In this document: in pieces, positions 27,908 through 36,733 of the stretch
Position numbering within the stretch: position 1 is the stretch's first letter
Layout of the letters: each line of letters starts with the position of its first letter
Source: a virus
Taxonomy: Duplodnaviria; Caudoviricetes
IMG/VR virus record: IMGVR_UViG_3300037067_026010
Coordinates: 64,001 to 128,000 of that record
Length of the DNA: 64,000 bases
Reading direction: 5' to 3' (one strand)
The notes under the pieces: generated by a model
What the model saw: only the letters and a program-made list of their open reading frames with translations
What the model was told of the DNA's origin: nothing
The model's database searches: none
Program-made: the position numbers and the translations under genes

Positions 27908-28500
27908 CGTAGCTTGTTTATATGTACCGTGACGCAGCGCATGTGCAATTCGGGATGCTCGGCAAAAACGTGCCGGTGGCAAATGCAACCCCCCGCCTGC
28001 CGGACGATGGCCGCGAATTGCGCCGCAGACCGCAACATCAGGCCGGAAACCCCGTGGATCCATTCGTCGGGCTGGCCCACGCGATTGTCGATTTCCGCAT
28101 TGCTGTCCAATTCCTCGTTGTAGTGGATCGCCAGATAGCCGGAGGGCGCCAAGGCCATGGACAGCACCATGGCCAACAGCTCGGCCAGCTGGATGTCCGA
28201 CATGTGCGGCACGACCCACAAACATAAGGCGACATCCGCGGTATTACAGGGCAAGGCCGTATCGGCGACATCCGCGACGCCTTGCAAGGCCGTCGGGGAA
28301 ATATCGTAAACATGCACTTTCGCCACGCGCGCCGCCAGCTCCCGGATCCACGTGCCGGTGCCGATGCCAATGCAGAGCACGCGGTCCTGCGGCGTGAGTT
28401 GCACCGCCAAGTCCCGCAGATGCGTGTCCAGCGAATGGCCCGACAGCCGCTGGATGTCCTGCAGCTGATGCGCTTCTTCCCAATGTTGCAAACTATCCAC
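27895..28500 (-). CDS. Class I SAM-dependent methyltransferase
   Basis: VLCIGIGTG (motif I), YDISPTAL, VVPHM, LAPSGYL. Confidence 0.8.
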   Translation of the reverse strand: MDSLQHWEEAHQLQDIQRLSGHSLDTHLRDLAVQLTPQDRVLCIGIGTGTWIRELAARVAKVHVYDISPTALQGVADVADTALPCNTADVALCLWVVPHMSDIQLAELLAMVLSMALAPSGYLAIHYNEELDSNAEIDNRVGQPDEWIHGVSGLMLRSAAQFAAIVRQAGGCICHRHVFAEHPELHMRCVTVHINKLRWNA

Positions 28501-29206
28501 TTACGAACTCCCAGGGGCCGCCGGCGGCGCAAAAAACGCCGGCGGCAACTTTTGCGTGATACAGCGCGCGGCTGATTTCCCAATCGTGCTGCGGCCGCGG
28601 ATGCGCTTGGTGCAGCCCGAGGACCGGCACGTACGACGGCGTCAGGCCCAAGCCGCGCATCAGACAGTCCGCATGCCAATCGTCGTCCCAGCCGGCGGTT
28701 TTGAAATCTTCGTCGTACCCGCCGATTTTATAGACATCCTCCCGCCAGCACGACCCCAAAAAGAACAGCGGCCGCCAATCCCCCTCGCCTTGGAACCGCG
28801 GCGTGTACTGGTCCCCCCGCAGGCCGCTCTCCGTGTGAAAGTCATATACCGTCGCGATGCAGAACGCGCCGGGCCGGAGCGCGGCTACCAGGGCCTCCAG
28901 GGTGTTGGGTTCGGCATGGAGCACGTCGTCGCTCTGCTGCACGAGGATTGGAGCGCGCGCCGCGCGCAGCGCCGCGTTGCGGGCCGCGGACGGATTGGTA
29001 AAGCCCGGCGGCCGCTCCCGGCGCAGATAGCGCACCGGAAAGGCGGCGCAGGCGTCGCGCGCCGCCGCCGTCGGGCTGCCGTCGTCCACGACAAGCACCT
29101 CGAAGGAGAACGGTGGACGTTGCCGAAAGATGCTCTCCAACGTGCGGCGTAGCAACGGCGCCTTATCGTAAGAAGCAATCGTCACGCTAACCTGCGGCAG
29201 GGTCAT
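28493..29206 (-). CDS. Family 2 glycosyltransferase (paralogue C)
   Basis: VVDDGS, ARNAAL, QQSDDVLH, LFFLG, GGYDEDF. Confidence 0.9.
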   Translation of the reverse strand: MTLPQVSVTIASYDKAPLLRRTLESIFRQRPPFSFEVLVVDDGSPTAAARDACAAFPVRYLRRERPPGFTNPSAARNAALRAARAPILVQQSDDVLHAEPNTLEALVAALRPGAFCIATVYDFHTESGLRGDQYTPRFQGEGDWRPLFFLGSCWREDVYKIGGYDEDFKTAGWDDDWHADCLMRGLGLTPSYVPVLGLHQAHPRPQHDWEISRALYHAKVAAGVFCAAGGPWEFVSG

Positions 29207-30069
29207 GACGCCCTCGCTTGGACGTGCTGCACGGCGACTCCGGGACGGTAAGGCCAGCTATGCTGCAGATACTTGCCCGCCGCGCATTTCTGCCGGTAAA
29301 TCGCCCGAGCCGGCGCGGAGTCGTACTGCGGCGACGGATGTAGCTGGTGCAACGCCAGGGCGGCCGTATAGACGGACTGCAACCCCAGGCCGGCCGTCAG
29401 ACACTTGCCGTGCCAGTCGTCGTCGTACCAGACCACGTTGGCGAACGCCTCGTCGTAGCCGCCGATCTTGCAGATGTCCTCGCGCCAGCAGGCCCCCAGA
29501 AAAAACAGCTGCCGCTGGTAGCGGCCGTTGCGCGTGATGCGCCCGCTGGCGGGATCGCGGTCGCGCACGTCCGCGAAGACGATCGTACCGGCGCGCAAAG
29601 ACTGCAACAGCTGCGCGATCACGTCCGGGCCGGCGTGCAGCACGTCCGAAGACTGCTGGATCACCACGTCGCCGCGGGCGGCGCGCAGGCTTACGTTCTT
29701 GGCGTAGACGCCGTTGCGGTAGGTGTTGTTCTCCAGCCGGTGGTATTCCACCGGATATTTTGCCAGCATCGCCGCCGTGCCGTCGCTGGAGCCGTCGTCC
29801 GTGACCACGATCTGCAAGGGGAAGCCGTGCTGTTGGCTCAAGATGCTCTGCAACACCGCCTCGAGGAGCGGCGCCTGGTTGCGCGTGGCCATACAGATCG
29901 AAACCAGCTCGCCGGGGCGCACGAGTTTGCGGGCGGTCTGGTAGTTGCCGGTAGGGGCGGCACGCGGACGCGTCAGCGCCACCCGCGGCCGTGTCAGCGC
30001 CACCCGCGGCGGCGGGCGTTGCCGCGCGGTCACAAAAGATGGAATACGCAGTTTACCGGGGGAAAGCAT
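29203..30069 (-). CDS. Family 2 glycosyltransferase (paralogue D)
   Basis: VTDDGSSDGT, QQSSDVLH, LFFLG, GGYDEAF. Confidence 0.9.
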   Translation of the reverse strand: MLSPGKLRIPSFVTARQRPPPRVALTRPRVALTRPRAAPTGNYQTARKLVRPGELVSICMATRNQAPLLEAVLQSILSQQHGFPLQIVVTDDGSSDGTAAMLAKYPVEYHRLENNTYRNGVYAKNVSLRAARGDVVIQQSSDVLHAGPDVIAQLLQSLRAGTIVFADVRDRDPASGRITRNGRYQRQLFFLGACWREDICKIGGYDEAFANVVWYDDDWHGKCLTAGLGLQSVYTAALALHQLHPSPQYDSAPARAIYRQKCAAGKYLQHSWPYRPGVAVQHVQARAS

Positions 30070-30099
30070 GCTACGCCAGGCGATGATTTTGAATTGAGA

Positions 30100-31470
30100 T
30101 CATTCGTAGGTCGGAAATCCGCTTAGGTCCGCGACGGTTAGTTGATATGGCGTATTGCCGTTTGCCACTTCTCCGGCGGACAGTCCGGCGGCGTTGCTTA
30201 ATGTGGCCATCGCAGCGTTGATCGAAGTGTATCTAGCCGTAGTTCGCGTGAACGCGGCACTGATAATTCCCGCCAGACATGGCTGGCCGTCAACAATCGC
30301 GCACATTGCCGAGCCGGAATCTCCAAAACCGCAATAGCCGATCATCGCTGGGTAGTCCGGCGGAGCGTAAGTGTAGCCGGTTGGCACGTCGCCTGGATCA
30401 GTAGGCGGGTAAAGTGAACTGAAACTCGAAAAATATTGCGACGTGCTCGGTATTATTCCAACCACATCCACCTGCCTAAATCGACCAACATGAATCCCGT
30501 AGAGCGGGTGCGTTATCCAGTTCGTGCCCGTACACGTTGGCATATACGTCTCACTGACCGAGTCAATCGGCATGACGGACAAAGGCACTACGGTTGCGGG
30601 AACATCGTCGTCGAGAATACCCACACACAGATCGAGCTGTTCGCTACCGATTTGCATGTAATTGCTGCTCTGCGTAGGAAGCGCAGCCACAGTCCGCATG
30701 ACCATCTCGCCGTCGGAATCGAGGAAATACAGCCTGCAACCTACTGCGGGATGGTAGTGTCCCGCTCCGATGAAATGTCGCTTACTGATTAGTGTGGCAG
30801 TAACGCCCATGTTATTTCCTGGCAGTGGTCCGTTATAGACACTGCCGCTCGCATAACAGGCGAACGCGCTAAAATCCAGGTCTGCCGCCCAACAATTCGG
30901 GTTCAGTTGCATCTGGAATACCGAGTAGTCAGGGTCGTATGGCTGATGGAACTGTGTCCAGGCATTCGCAAGATAGATTCTTCCCGTCTTAAATCCATCG
31001 TTCCAGTTCTGCGAAGTGCATACCGCCGCTCTCTGCGCAAACCAATCATTAGCGTATTTCGCGTAGCACCCTTCAACAAACGAGTTATAGACGTAATGCG
31101 TCGCTTGCGCTGCGGAACTCACTGCAACTGAAATCTGTCGAGTTTGTCCCCCCGCCGTGACGTTGAATTTTGCCGTGCCCGTGCCAACGCGAATTAGGCG
31201 ATGGTTTTCATCAACCGTCGCAATTGTTGGGTTCAACGCTACTACAAAATCTACCTCCAACCCGATCGGATAGATATTTTGCAGCTCGAAATACCCATCC
31301 GAAGTCACTACCGCGTCGTAATGCACCGTGGCGTTTGTATCGAGATAAACAACATCCTCGGACGTTCCGCCAGCAAACTCGCTCTCGTCAATAAACACCG
31401 GCGTAAAATCGGCATTGCTCGGGCCGATCACTAGACCACTATCAGAATTTCCGTTGATGTTTACTGCCAT
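30100..31470 (-). CDS. Putative tail-associated protein with an Ig-like domain and a trypsin-like serine protease domain
   Basis: NPTIATVD....GTGTAKFNVTAGG (Big_2-like); triad motifs LISKRHFIGAGHY, DLCVGIL and GDSGS. Confidence 0.75.
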   Translation of the reverse strand: MAVNINGNSDSGLVIGPSNADFTPVFIDESEFAGGTSEDVVYLDTNATVHYDAVVTSDGYFELQNIYPIGLEVDFVVALNPTIATVDENHRLIRVGTGTAKFNVTAGGQTRQISVAVSSAAQATHYVYNSFVEGCYAKYANDWFAQRAAVCTSQNWNDGFKTGRIYLANAWTQFHQPYDPDYSVFQMQLNPNCWAADLDFSAFACYASGSVYNGPLPGNNMGVTATLISKRHFIGAGHYHPAVGCRLYFLDSDGEMVMRTVAALPTQSSNYMQIGSEQLDLCVGILDDDVPATVVPLSVMPIDSVSETYMPTCTGTNWITHPLYGIHVGRFRQVDVVGIIPSTSQYFSSFSSLYPPTDPGDVPTGYTYAPPDYPAMIGYCGFGDSGSAMCAIVDGQPCLAGIISAAFTRTTARYTSINAAMATLSNAAGLSAGEVANGNTPYQLTVADLSGFPTYE

Positions 31471-33815
31471 TACTGCTTCACCGTCAAAAGTACCTGCACG
31501 TTGCCGATTTCCAAAAGCTTGTTCGAGGTTCCGCCGGTGTCGTTCGCTACGCCGGTAAGCTCGATATCTAGCAAGTCGCCCGCAGCCAAGCCCGTGGGTG
31601 TGATCGTAAAATTGTAATCTGCAAAGGCATCCGTGATGGTCTGTGCCGCCGTGGCGCAGATATCGGAACCGACACCTGCCTCGCCGTCGCCCTTGAAGCA
31701 CGTCGCGTCGATGGTCTGTGCTGTGGCAACGTTGCCTGTCATGCGACACTTCACCCGCAACGTCACGGTCCCGCCCGCCGCGTACTCGGTCGGCAACGTA
31801 AAGAGGAATCGAGCCTTGTCCGTTTTTGAATCCCCGTTAGCCGCTTCGCCCACCAGTTTCGGCGATGCCGATCCGGACGTGCCATAGGTCAATCCGAACG
31901 CGCCCGCCGGGGTTCCGGCAGCGGTCCCAAGCAACGCGCCCGTGCCCGTGACCCGCAAATTATCGATCGCGACTGTCTGAATTTCTACAGCGTTGGACTC
32001 TGTCGGATACCACTTGGAATCGTAATAATCATAGCGAAAACGAATCAGTTGCCCGACAACACCGGTTACCGCTACTCCGATATTTCCGCTAGTGCCAAAC
32101 GCACAAGGAATGCCCGGAATCACTTCGATAGAGCCAGAAAACCCAGTGTCCCCAGAGATCGGCTGATTGATCGTGGCGGTAACGTTATCGACCGCAACCG
32201 CCGATGTGCCGGCGGGATAGGCGTCTCCCGTGCCGCTCGCCGCAGTAACCGTGATCGTTTTTGCGGCAACATCATAGGCTGTCACCGTCATTCCGACACG
32301 ACTCTTTGGTGCGCCATCGTTCCAGTAGATCGTCGGCGTCGAAGAAGTCGTGAAAGCATGGTCCCGATTGTTCAGCGTGATGACTGCCGTGCCTGCGGTG
32401 TTCACGCTCGTACCGTTCCAACCGATATGGAAACACGGAGCCGATGGAGTAATTGTCGCGGCACTTGTTACAGGCGAACCGATTGGTTGCTCGATATAGC
32501 CGGAGATAAACGGATTCGATCCACCAGTGCTTGTCCATGCTAAGCGTTTGACGGATATCTCACCCACGTCGAGAGTAAACGTTCCAGTCATCGACGATGG
32601 TATAATACGAATCCGATGCCCGCTGGTCGTGGCTACGCATTTCGCCGTGAAAGTAAAAGTTTCACCACCGGCAGGCAGCGTGTTAGCGAGAATATCCAGA
32701 TTAAACTGAGTGCCAAATCCGTACACCAAAATATGATCGGTAGCGACGGTGGAAGTAAACGCTTTGATTTTTACCGTCACTAAATACGCCTCGCCTGGAA
32801 GAAGTGGACGGTCCATGCTCGCGATAGTCTGCGAAAGCTCGAACGTGGCATTCGTGGTCCTCACCGTCCCTGATTCGACCCATGTGAAATTAGTGGCGGT
32901 CCAGTTAGCCAGGTCAGTATCAGCTGTCCAGCTTGGCGTTTTCAAACATTCGTTGGAGATGACGCTCAGTCCGCGAAATAGTGGCCGCAATCCTCTGACA
33001 GTGACATAACCCGTATTGGAGTTTGCTCTAAATGAAATACCACTATACTCGCCCTGTAGCGAGATTTCCTGCGGGGAGCCCGAAACGATATTGTTGCCAA
33101 TCAGGATAGGTCCAGGCGTACTTACATCTGTTGACGGCCTGCAATAATCCCGCAGTTCAGTCCCTATTTTATAGCCTTTAGTCGTATGGCTTGGGCGTAT
33201 ATTCTGCTGGGGTAGATTCGGAACCGTGCTAGTCCCATCGCCGCGAACTAAGATGTCAAGATCGGCGTCATACACCCATTCGCCAGCAAGTGGAACTACG
33301 TTGGCAAGCGCTGCTGTCGTGCCATAACGCTGCACGATAGAACCGGCTAACGCCGCGTCCGCGTTGAGTATCGCCGCCTTGTTCGCCTGTGGCACGGCGA
33401 TATCGTCCGGCACGATCGCCGCCGCCGCGTCGAGTTGCGCAGGGGTAGCCGTACCAGCATCCTGCTTGGCTGCCAGCGCCGCATCCAGATTTTGCACCTC
33501 GTACAGCTGCTCCGAGGACAGTTCCACTGCGCTGTCTTCGATAAACTGCAAGAGGCCCGCCGCGGTCAGAACTTGAGAAACCGCGCTGCCTACGGCGTGT
33601 GTCGCGGGCGTGGTGCCTTCAATGCCCCTGGTTACGGTAAACGTGTTGGTCGCGGCATCCACCGCAGTTACCAGCAACAGCTCGTCGTCGATGAGAATCC
33701 TGAAGTCGCCTGCAGCCGGGAACAACGCGACACTTGCAACATACACGGTAGTCGCATAGGTTGTCGTAATCGGCAGACTTAGCGTGGTAACTGCATTATT
33801 GGCAAGCCGTTCCAT
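31470..33815 (-). CDS. Tail fibre / receptor-binding-like structural protein
   Basis: 781 aa, Thr/Gly/Ala-rich, modular. PLAGEWVYDAD..LVRGDG resembles a fibre N-terminal motif. The first ~95 aa are shared with 33832-34131. Confidence 0.6.
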   Translation of the reverse strand: MERLANNAVTTLSLPITTTYATTVYVASVALFPAAGDFRILIDDELLLVTAVDAATNTFTVTRGIEGTTPATHAVGSAVSQVLTAAGLLQFIEDSAVELSSEQLYEVQNLDAALAAKQDAGTATPAQLDAAAAIVPDDIAVPQANKAAILNADAALAGSIVQRYGTTAALANVVPLAGEWVYDADLDILVRGDGTSTVPNLPQQNIRPSHTTKGYKIGTELRDYCRPSTDVSTPGPILIGNNIVSGSPQEISLQGEYSGISFRANSNTGYVTVRGLRPLFRGLSVISNECLKTPSWTADTDLANWTATNFTWVESGTVRTTNATFELSQTIASMDRPLLPGEAYLVTVKIKAFTSTVATDHILVYGFGTQFNLDILANTLPAGGETFTFTAKCVATTSGHRIRIIPSSMTGTFTLDVGEISVKRLAWTSTGGSNPFISGYIEQPIGSPVTSAATITPSAPCFHIGWNGTSVNTAGTAVITLNNRDHAFTTSSTPTIYWNDGAPKSRVGMTVTAYDVAAKTITVTAASGTGDAYPAGTSAVAVDNVTATINQPISGDTGFSGSIEVIPGIPCAFGTSGNIGVAVTGVVGQLIRFRYDYYDSKWYPTESNAVEIQTVAIDNLRVTGTGALLGTAAGTPAGAFGLTYGTSGSASPKLVGEAANGDSKTDKARFLFTLPTEYAAGGTVTLRVKCRMTGNVATAQTIDATCFKGDGEAGVGSDICATAAQTITDAFADYNFTITPTGLAAGDLLDIELTGVANDTGGTSNKLLEIGNVQVLLTVKQ

Positions 33816-33831
33816 ATTTCTACCCTTCGGA

Positions 33832-34131
33832 TTATTCGCCCATTACCCGTAAAATAAACGCTCGAAGTCCTTCCACCGTCAGCACTTGCGACACGAAGGC
33901 GTCGATCTCGTGCGTCGTCGGCGTCGTCTCCTCGATGCCGCGCGTCACGGTAAAAGCGTTTTCGCCGGCGTCGACCTCCGTCACCAACATCAGTTCGTTG
34001 TCGATCCGGATGCGGAAATTGCCTTGTTCCGGAAACAAAAAGACGGAATCCACGTAGATAATTTGCTCGAAGTCGTTGGGGATGGCTTGAGCAAGATACG
34101 AGACTGCATCGTTAGCAAGTTCTTCAGCCAT
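33832..34131 (-). CDS. Stand-alone paralogue of the fibre N-terminal domain
   Basis: FPEQGNFRIRIDNELMLVT...FTVTRGIEETTPTTH versus FPAAGDFRILIDDELLLVT...FTVTRGIEGTTPATH. Confidence 0.75.
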   Translation of the reverse strand: MAEELANDAVSYLAQAIPNDFEQIIYVDSVFLFPEQGNFRIRIDNELMLVTEVDAGENAFTVTRGIEETTPTTHEIDAFVSQVLTVEGLRAFILRVMGE

Positions 34132-34256
34132 GGCAACTCTTCTTTTTAATAGGTCAAAAATTCACTCAGGTCGGCAATGCCAAGCTAACAAACGTGGGAC
34201 TGCAACCCGCAGCGCTACCGAAAGTCCCTCCGCGCCAATATCCACCATCTTAGTGT

Positions 34257-35216
34257 TTAGGGCACAGGCTTTAAGCTGCCTACCGCCGCGCCCCGCGAAC
34301 CCTTTCGACAACCCGGCCCGCATTTGGAGCCCATACGCTGCGGTTTTGCGCAGGCTTCGCCGCCCTTTGAGCCGATGGCGATGATACGCGAAATAGCCGT
34401 GCCGGTCCGCTTCGGCCCGCCGTCGCCCGGCCCGAAGCCGTGCTCCTTGCGGAGTTTTTCCCAGTCGGGGGCGGCCGCCCCTTTACCCCATAACGGCAAT
34501 GGCCGTCCCTGTGCATCTGTCGCAGGGTTATATAGCGTGCTAAAATCGGGAAAACGCTTGATGGCCGGCATGTGTAACCGCGAGATTGCCCCCGCGCCCT
34601 GGTCGATGGCGGATCCGAGACCGGCACCGAACGCTTCAGGTGGCGCTTTTCCCTTCATAGCACTGCCAATTTGTCTGACGGCATCCTGTAAACCGGATGC
34701 AGCCCGCGATAATGTCGTCGTCCTACCGGCATACTGCGCACGTCCTGCGGCAGCTGGGGCAGCCCGAGGAGCCGCAGCTTCTTTCTCCTCCTCTTCATCG
34801 CTACGCCGCCGCTTGCCGAGCAGCCGTTGCAAGGCCAGCAGCCCTAAAGCGCCTCCGCCCGCGCCAAGCCCTACCTTGCCCGCTGTCGGCATGGCACCCC
34901 AGGCTTGGCCGAGATTGCCGCCTAGGAGTTTATTCCAAGCTTCGCCATAACCTGCCGGCTCCGCCGCAGGAGCGGGAACAGGCGCAGGGGCGGCTGCACC
35001 AGCTGCCGCCGGGGGCGACAATCTGTCCATCGGTGATTCCGGCAAAGCCGGCACGGGGCTGGGTACTTTCGGCACGGACGCCTGAAAAGCCCTCGCTGGA
35101 GCCTCCTCCAGGGTCTGCCGCGCTTGATTAAGCATATTCGGCTGCGCGGCCGCCGGTTGTCGTAAGGCCGCTTTAACGCGAACCTGGGCGGCTTTAAAGA
35201 GTTTGCTGTCGATCAT
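34257..35216 (-). CDS. Ala-rich putative virion protein with K-x-A motifs
   Basis: FKAA and EKEAA motifs; GLGAGGGALGLLAL followed by KRRRSDEEEE. Confidence 0.55.
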   Translation of the reverse strand: MIDSKLFKAAQVRVKAALRQPAAAQPNMLNQARQTLEEAPARAFQASVPKVPSPVPALPESPMDRLSPPAAAGAAAPAPVPAPAAEPAGYGEAWNKLLGGNLGQAWGAMPTAGKVGLGAGGGALGLLALQRLLGKRRRSDEEEEKEAAAPRAAPAAAGRAQYAGRTTTLSRAASGLQDAVRQIGSAMKGKAPPEAFGAGLGSAIDQGAGAISRLHMPAIKRFPDFSTLYNPATDAQGRPLPLWGKGAAAPDWEKLRKEHGFGPGDGGPKRTGTAISRIIAIGSKGGEACAKPQRMGSKCGPGCRKGSRGAAVGSLKPVP

Positions 35217-35255
35217 GGTTCAACCTTCCGTGGCTGGTTGTGATAGCTAAAAAAA

Positions 35256-35825
35256 TCACCTGCAGAGGCCGGCGCCGAAGTCTGCAGCCTTTGGCATCGT
35301 CGGGAGCTGCTTCTCTTGGGGCTTGGCCTTGCGGCGTTGGGCGTTATGCCTGATGGCCAGCGTAATCTTGGCTTGGCGATCGATATCGGGCGTGTCGTCT
35401 TCGACGGCTAACGCGGATTTGGCATGCTCGGGAAGGCCGGTGCGCTTTGTTTCGGCAAAATCCTCGGCAGAGCTCGGCGAGATATCGCCGGCTATCTCCT
35501 GCACCTTCTTAGAGGGGGCTGTCATTTCGCCCTTCTGGACGGCATGCACCATGCCGAAAAGACGCTGCTGCGCCTTAGAAGTGCTTTTGGCAGTCTTTGC
35601 CAGCAGCTCTGTGGCTACGGCTGCGCCGAATTGCGCGGCCTTCATCGGTTGCACCGGCGCGGCTGCCGTCAAGATGCCGGTAGCTGCCTGCCCGGCCCGT
35701 TGCGCCGCCTGGGCCATCGTAGGCTTCTTGGGACCCTTGCTGTGCTCGCGAAGGGCCATCGCGGGTGTCATACGCACATCAGCCTGCTTGTTGTGCATAG
35801 GACGCAGTAAATCGAGAACGGTCAT
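35256..35825 (-). CDS. K-x-A protein with a DUF3008-like segment
   Basis: KSTSKAQQRLFGMVHAVQKGE...AEDFAETKRTGLPEH lies between KTA and KSA; also KQA and two KAA motifs. Confidence 0.6.
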   Translation of the reverse strand: MTVLDLLRPMHNKQADVRMTPAMALREHSKGPKKPTMAQAAQRAGQAATGILTAAAPVQPMKAAQFGAAVATELLAKTAKSTSKAQQRLFGMVHAVQKGEMTAPSKKVQEIAGDISPSSAEDFAETKRTGLPEHAKSALAVEDDTPDIDRQAKITLAIRHNAQRRKAKPQEKQLPTMPKAADFGAGLCR

Positions 35826-35891
35826 GGCAAACCCTCCATGGTTGTACGTACCCGATTCTACCACAGGAAGGAAATCCGCACTAGGCGAAGA

Positions 35892-35940
35892 TAAAAAAGA
35901 GCGCCCCGGCAAGAAGCGAAGCTTCCGCCGGGACGTCTTC
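35892..35940 (-). terminator. Putative intrinsic terminator
   Basis: CCCGGC/GCCGGG stem with an inner GAAGC/GCTTC stem, followed by a T-run on the minus strand. Confidence 0.5.
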
Positions 35941-36041
35941 ACCCAATCAAGGTAAACGAAAAAAGTGCCGCAACGCGCAGAATCCATGAAAAACTGCGCA
36001 TTGCGACACCAAACAAGGCAAAATAACCTTAACCGGCAATG

Positions 36042-36057
36042 CGGTAATTAAGCACCG
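36042..36057 (+). promoter_or_regulatory. 16-bp palindrome, copy 3
   Basis: Exact copy; intergenic. Confidence 0.7.
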
Positions 36058-36081
36058 CTGCCGGTATGCCGGGAGGCGCGA

Positions 36082-36582
36082 TCAGTCGCGGACCCGTTGC
36101 TCCCGCTCCTCGGCGTCGAGGTTGCGTTGGTAAACGCAGGCAATCGTCATATCGCCCTCGAAATGCTGATCGCCGTGCTCGGGATGCGGCAAAGATGCCA
36201 CGCCGTCGCGGGTCTTGAATACCGGTCCGACGTACTGTGCCGGGATGTCCTCCGTGCCTGGGCAAACCGCACGGATTGCCGCAACCACTTTCTCGGCATC
36301 GCAATCGAACGCGTCGCCGCGTTCCAGGATATGCCGGGCGCCTTGGGTGCTGCCGATGGCCATCTGCCGGTTGAGGCGTGGCTTCGCGCCGGCTGGCAAC
36401 TCCCGAATGCGCACCAGAATCACGTCGCCCTGATGCGACACGGTGCCGATTTCGAAATCCGCGTCCGTGAACGTGCGCGGAGCGTCGTTGACCATCCGCT
36501 CGGGAACCGCTTGCTTGGAGGCCGATTTCTTGGTTTGCTGCTTGGTTTGTTTGGATGCCTTGCTCGCTAAAACTTCCGTCAT
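36082..36582 (-). CDS. Conserved phage protein (QGDV...H...HxEH family), neighbour of DUF6745
   Basis: HQGDVILVR, GSTQGARHIL, HPEHG, YQR. Confidence 0.7.
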   Translation of the reverse strand: MTEVLASKASKQTKQQTKKSASKQAVPERMVNDAPRTFTDADFEIGTVSHQGDVILVRIRELPAGAKPRLNRQMAIGSTQGARHILERGDAFDCDAEKVVAAIRAVCPGTEDIPAQYVGPVFKTRDGVASLPHPEHGDQHFEGDMTIACVYQRNLDAEEREQRVRD

Positions 36583-36733
36583 TTGTCAACTCCTTAACTT
36601 CCGTGGGCGTACGTTTGGCAAACTGCAGAGTATCAGCAGTATGCTTTGCGTACCAGTTTCACTCCAACTAGGACAATTACACCATACCGTAGACCGCCAA
36701 AACGGTCAATCGCGCCGCACTATTGCGGACTAA

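Noticed and set aside
29971-30010. 21-bp tandem duplication (PRVALTR twice)
   Set aside because: A simple in-frame slippage in a low-complexity N-terminus.
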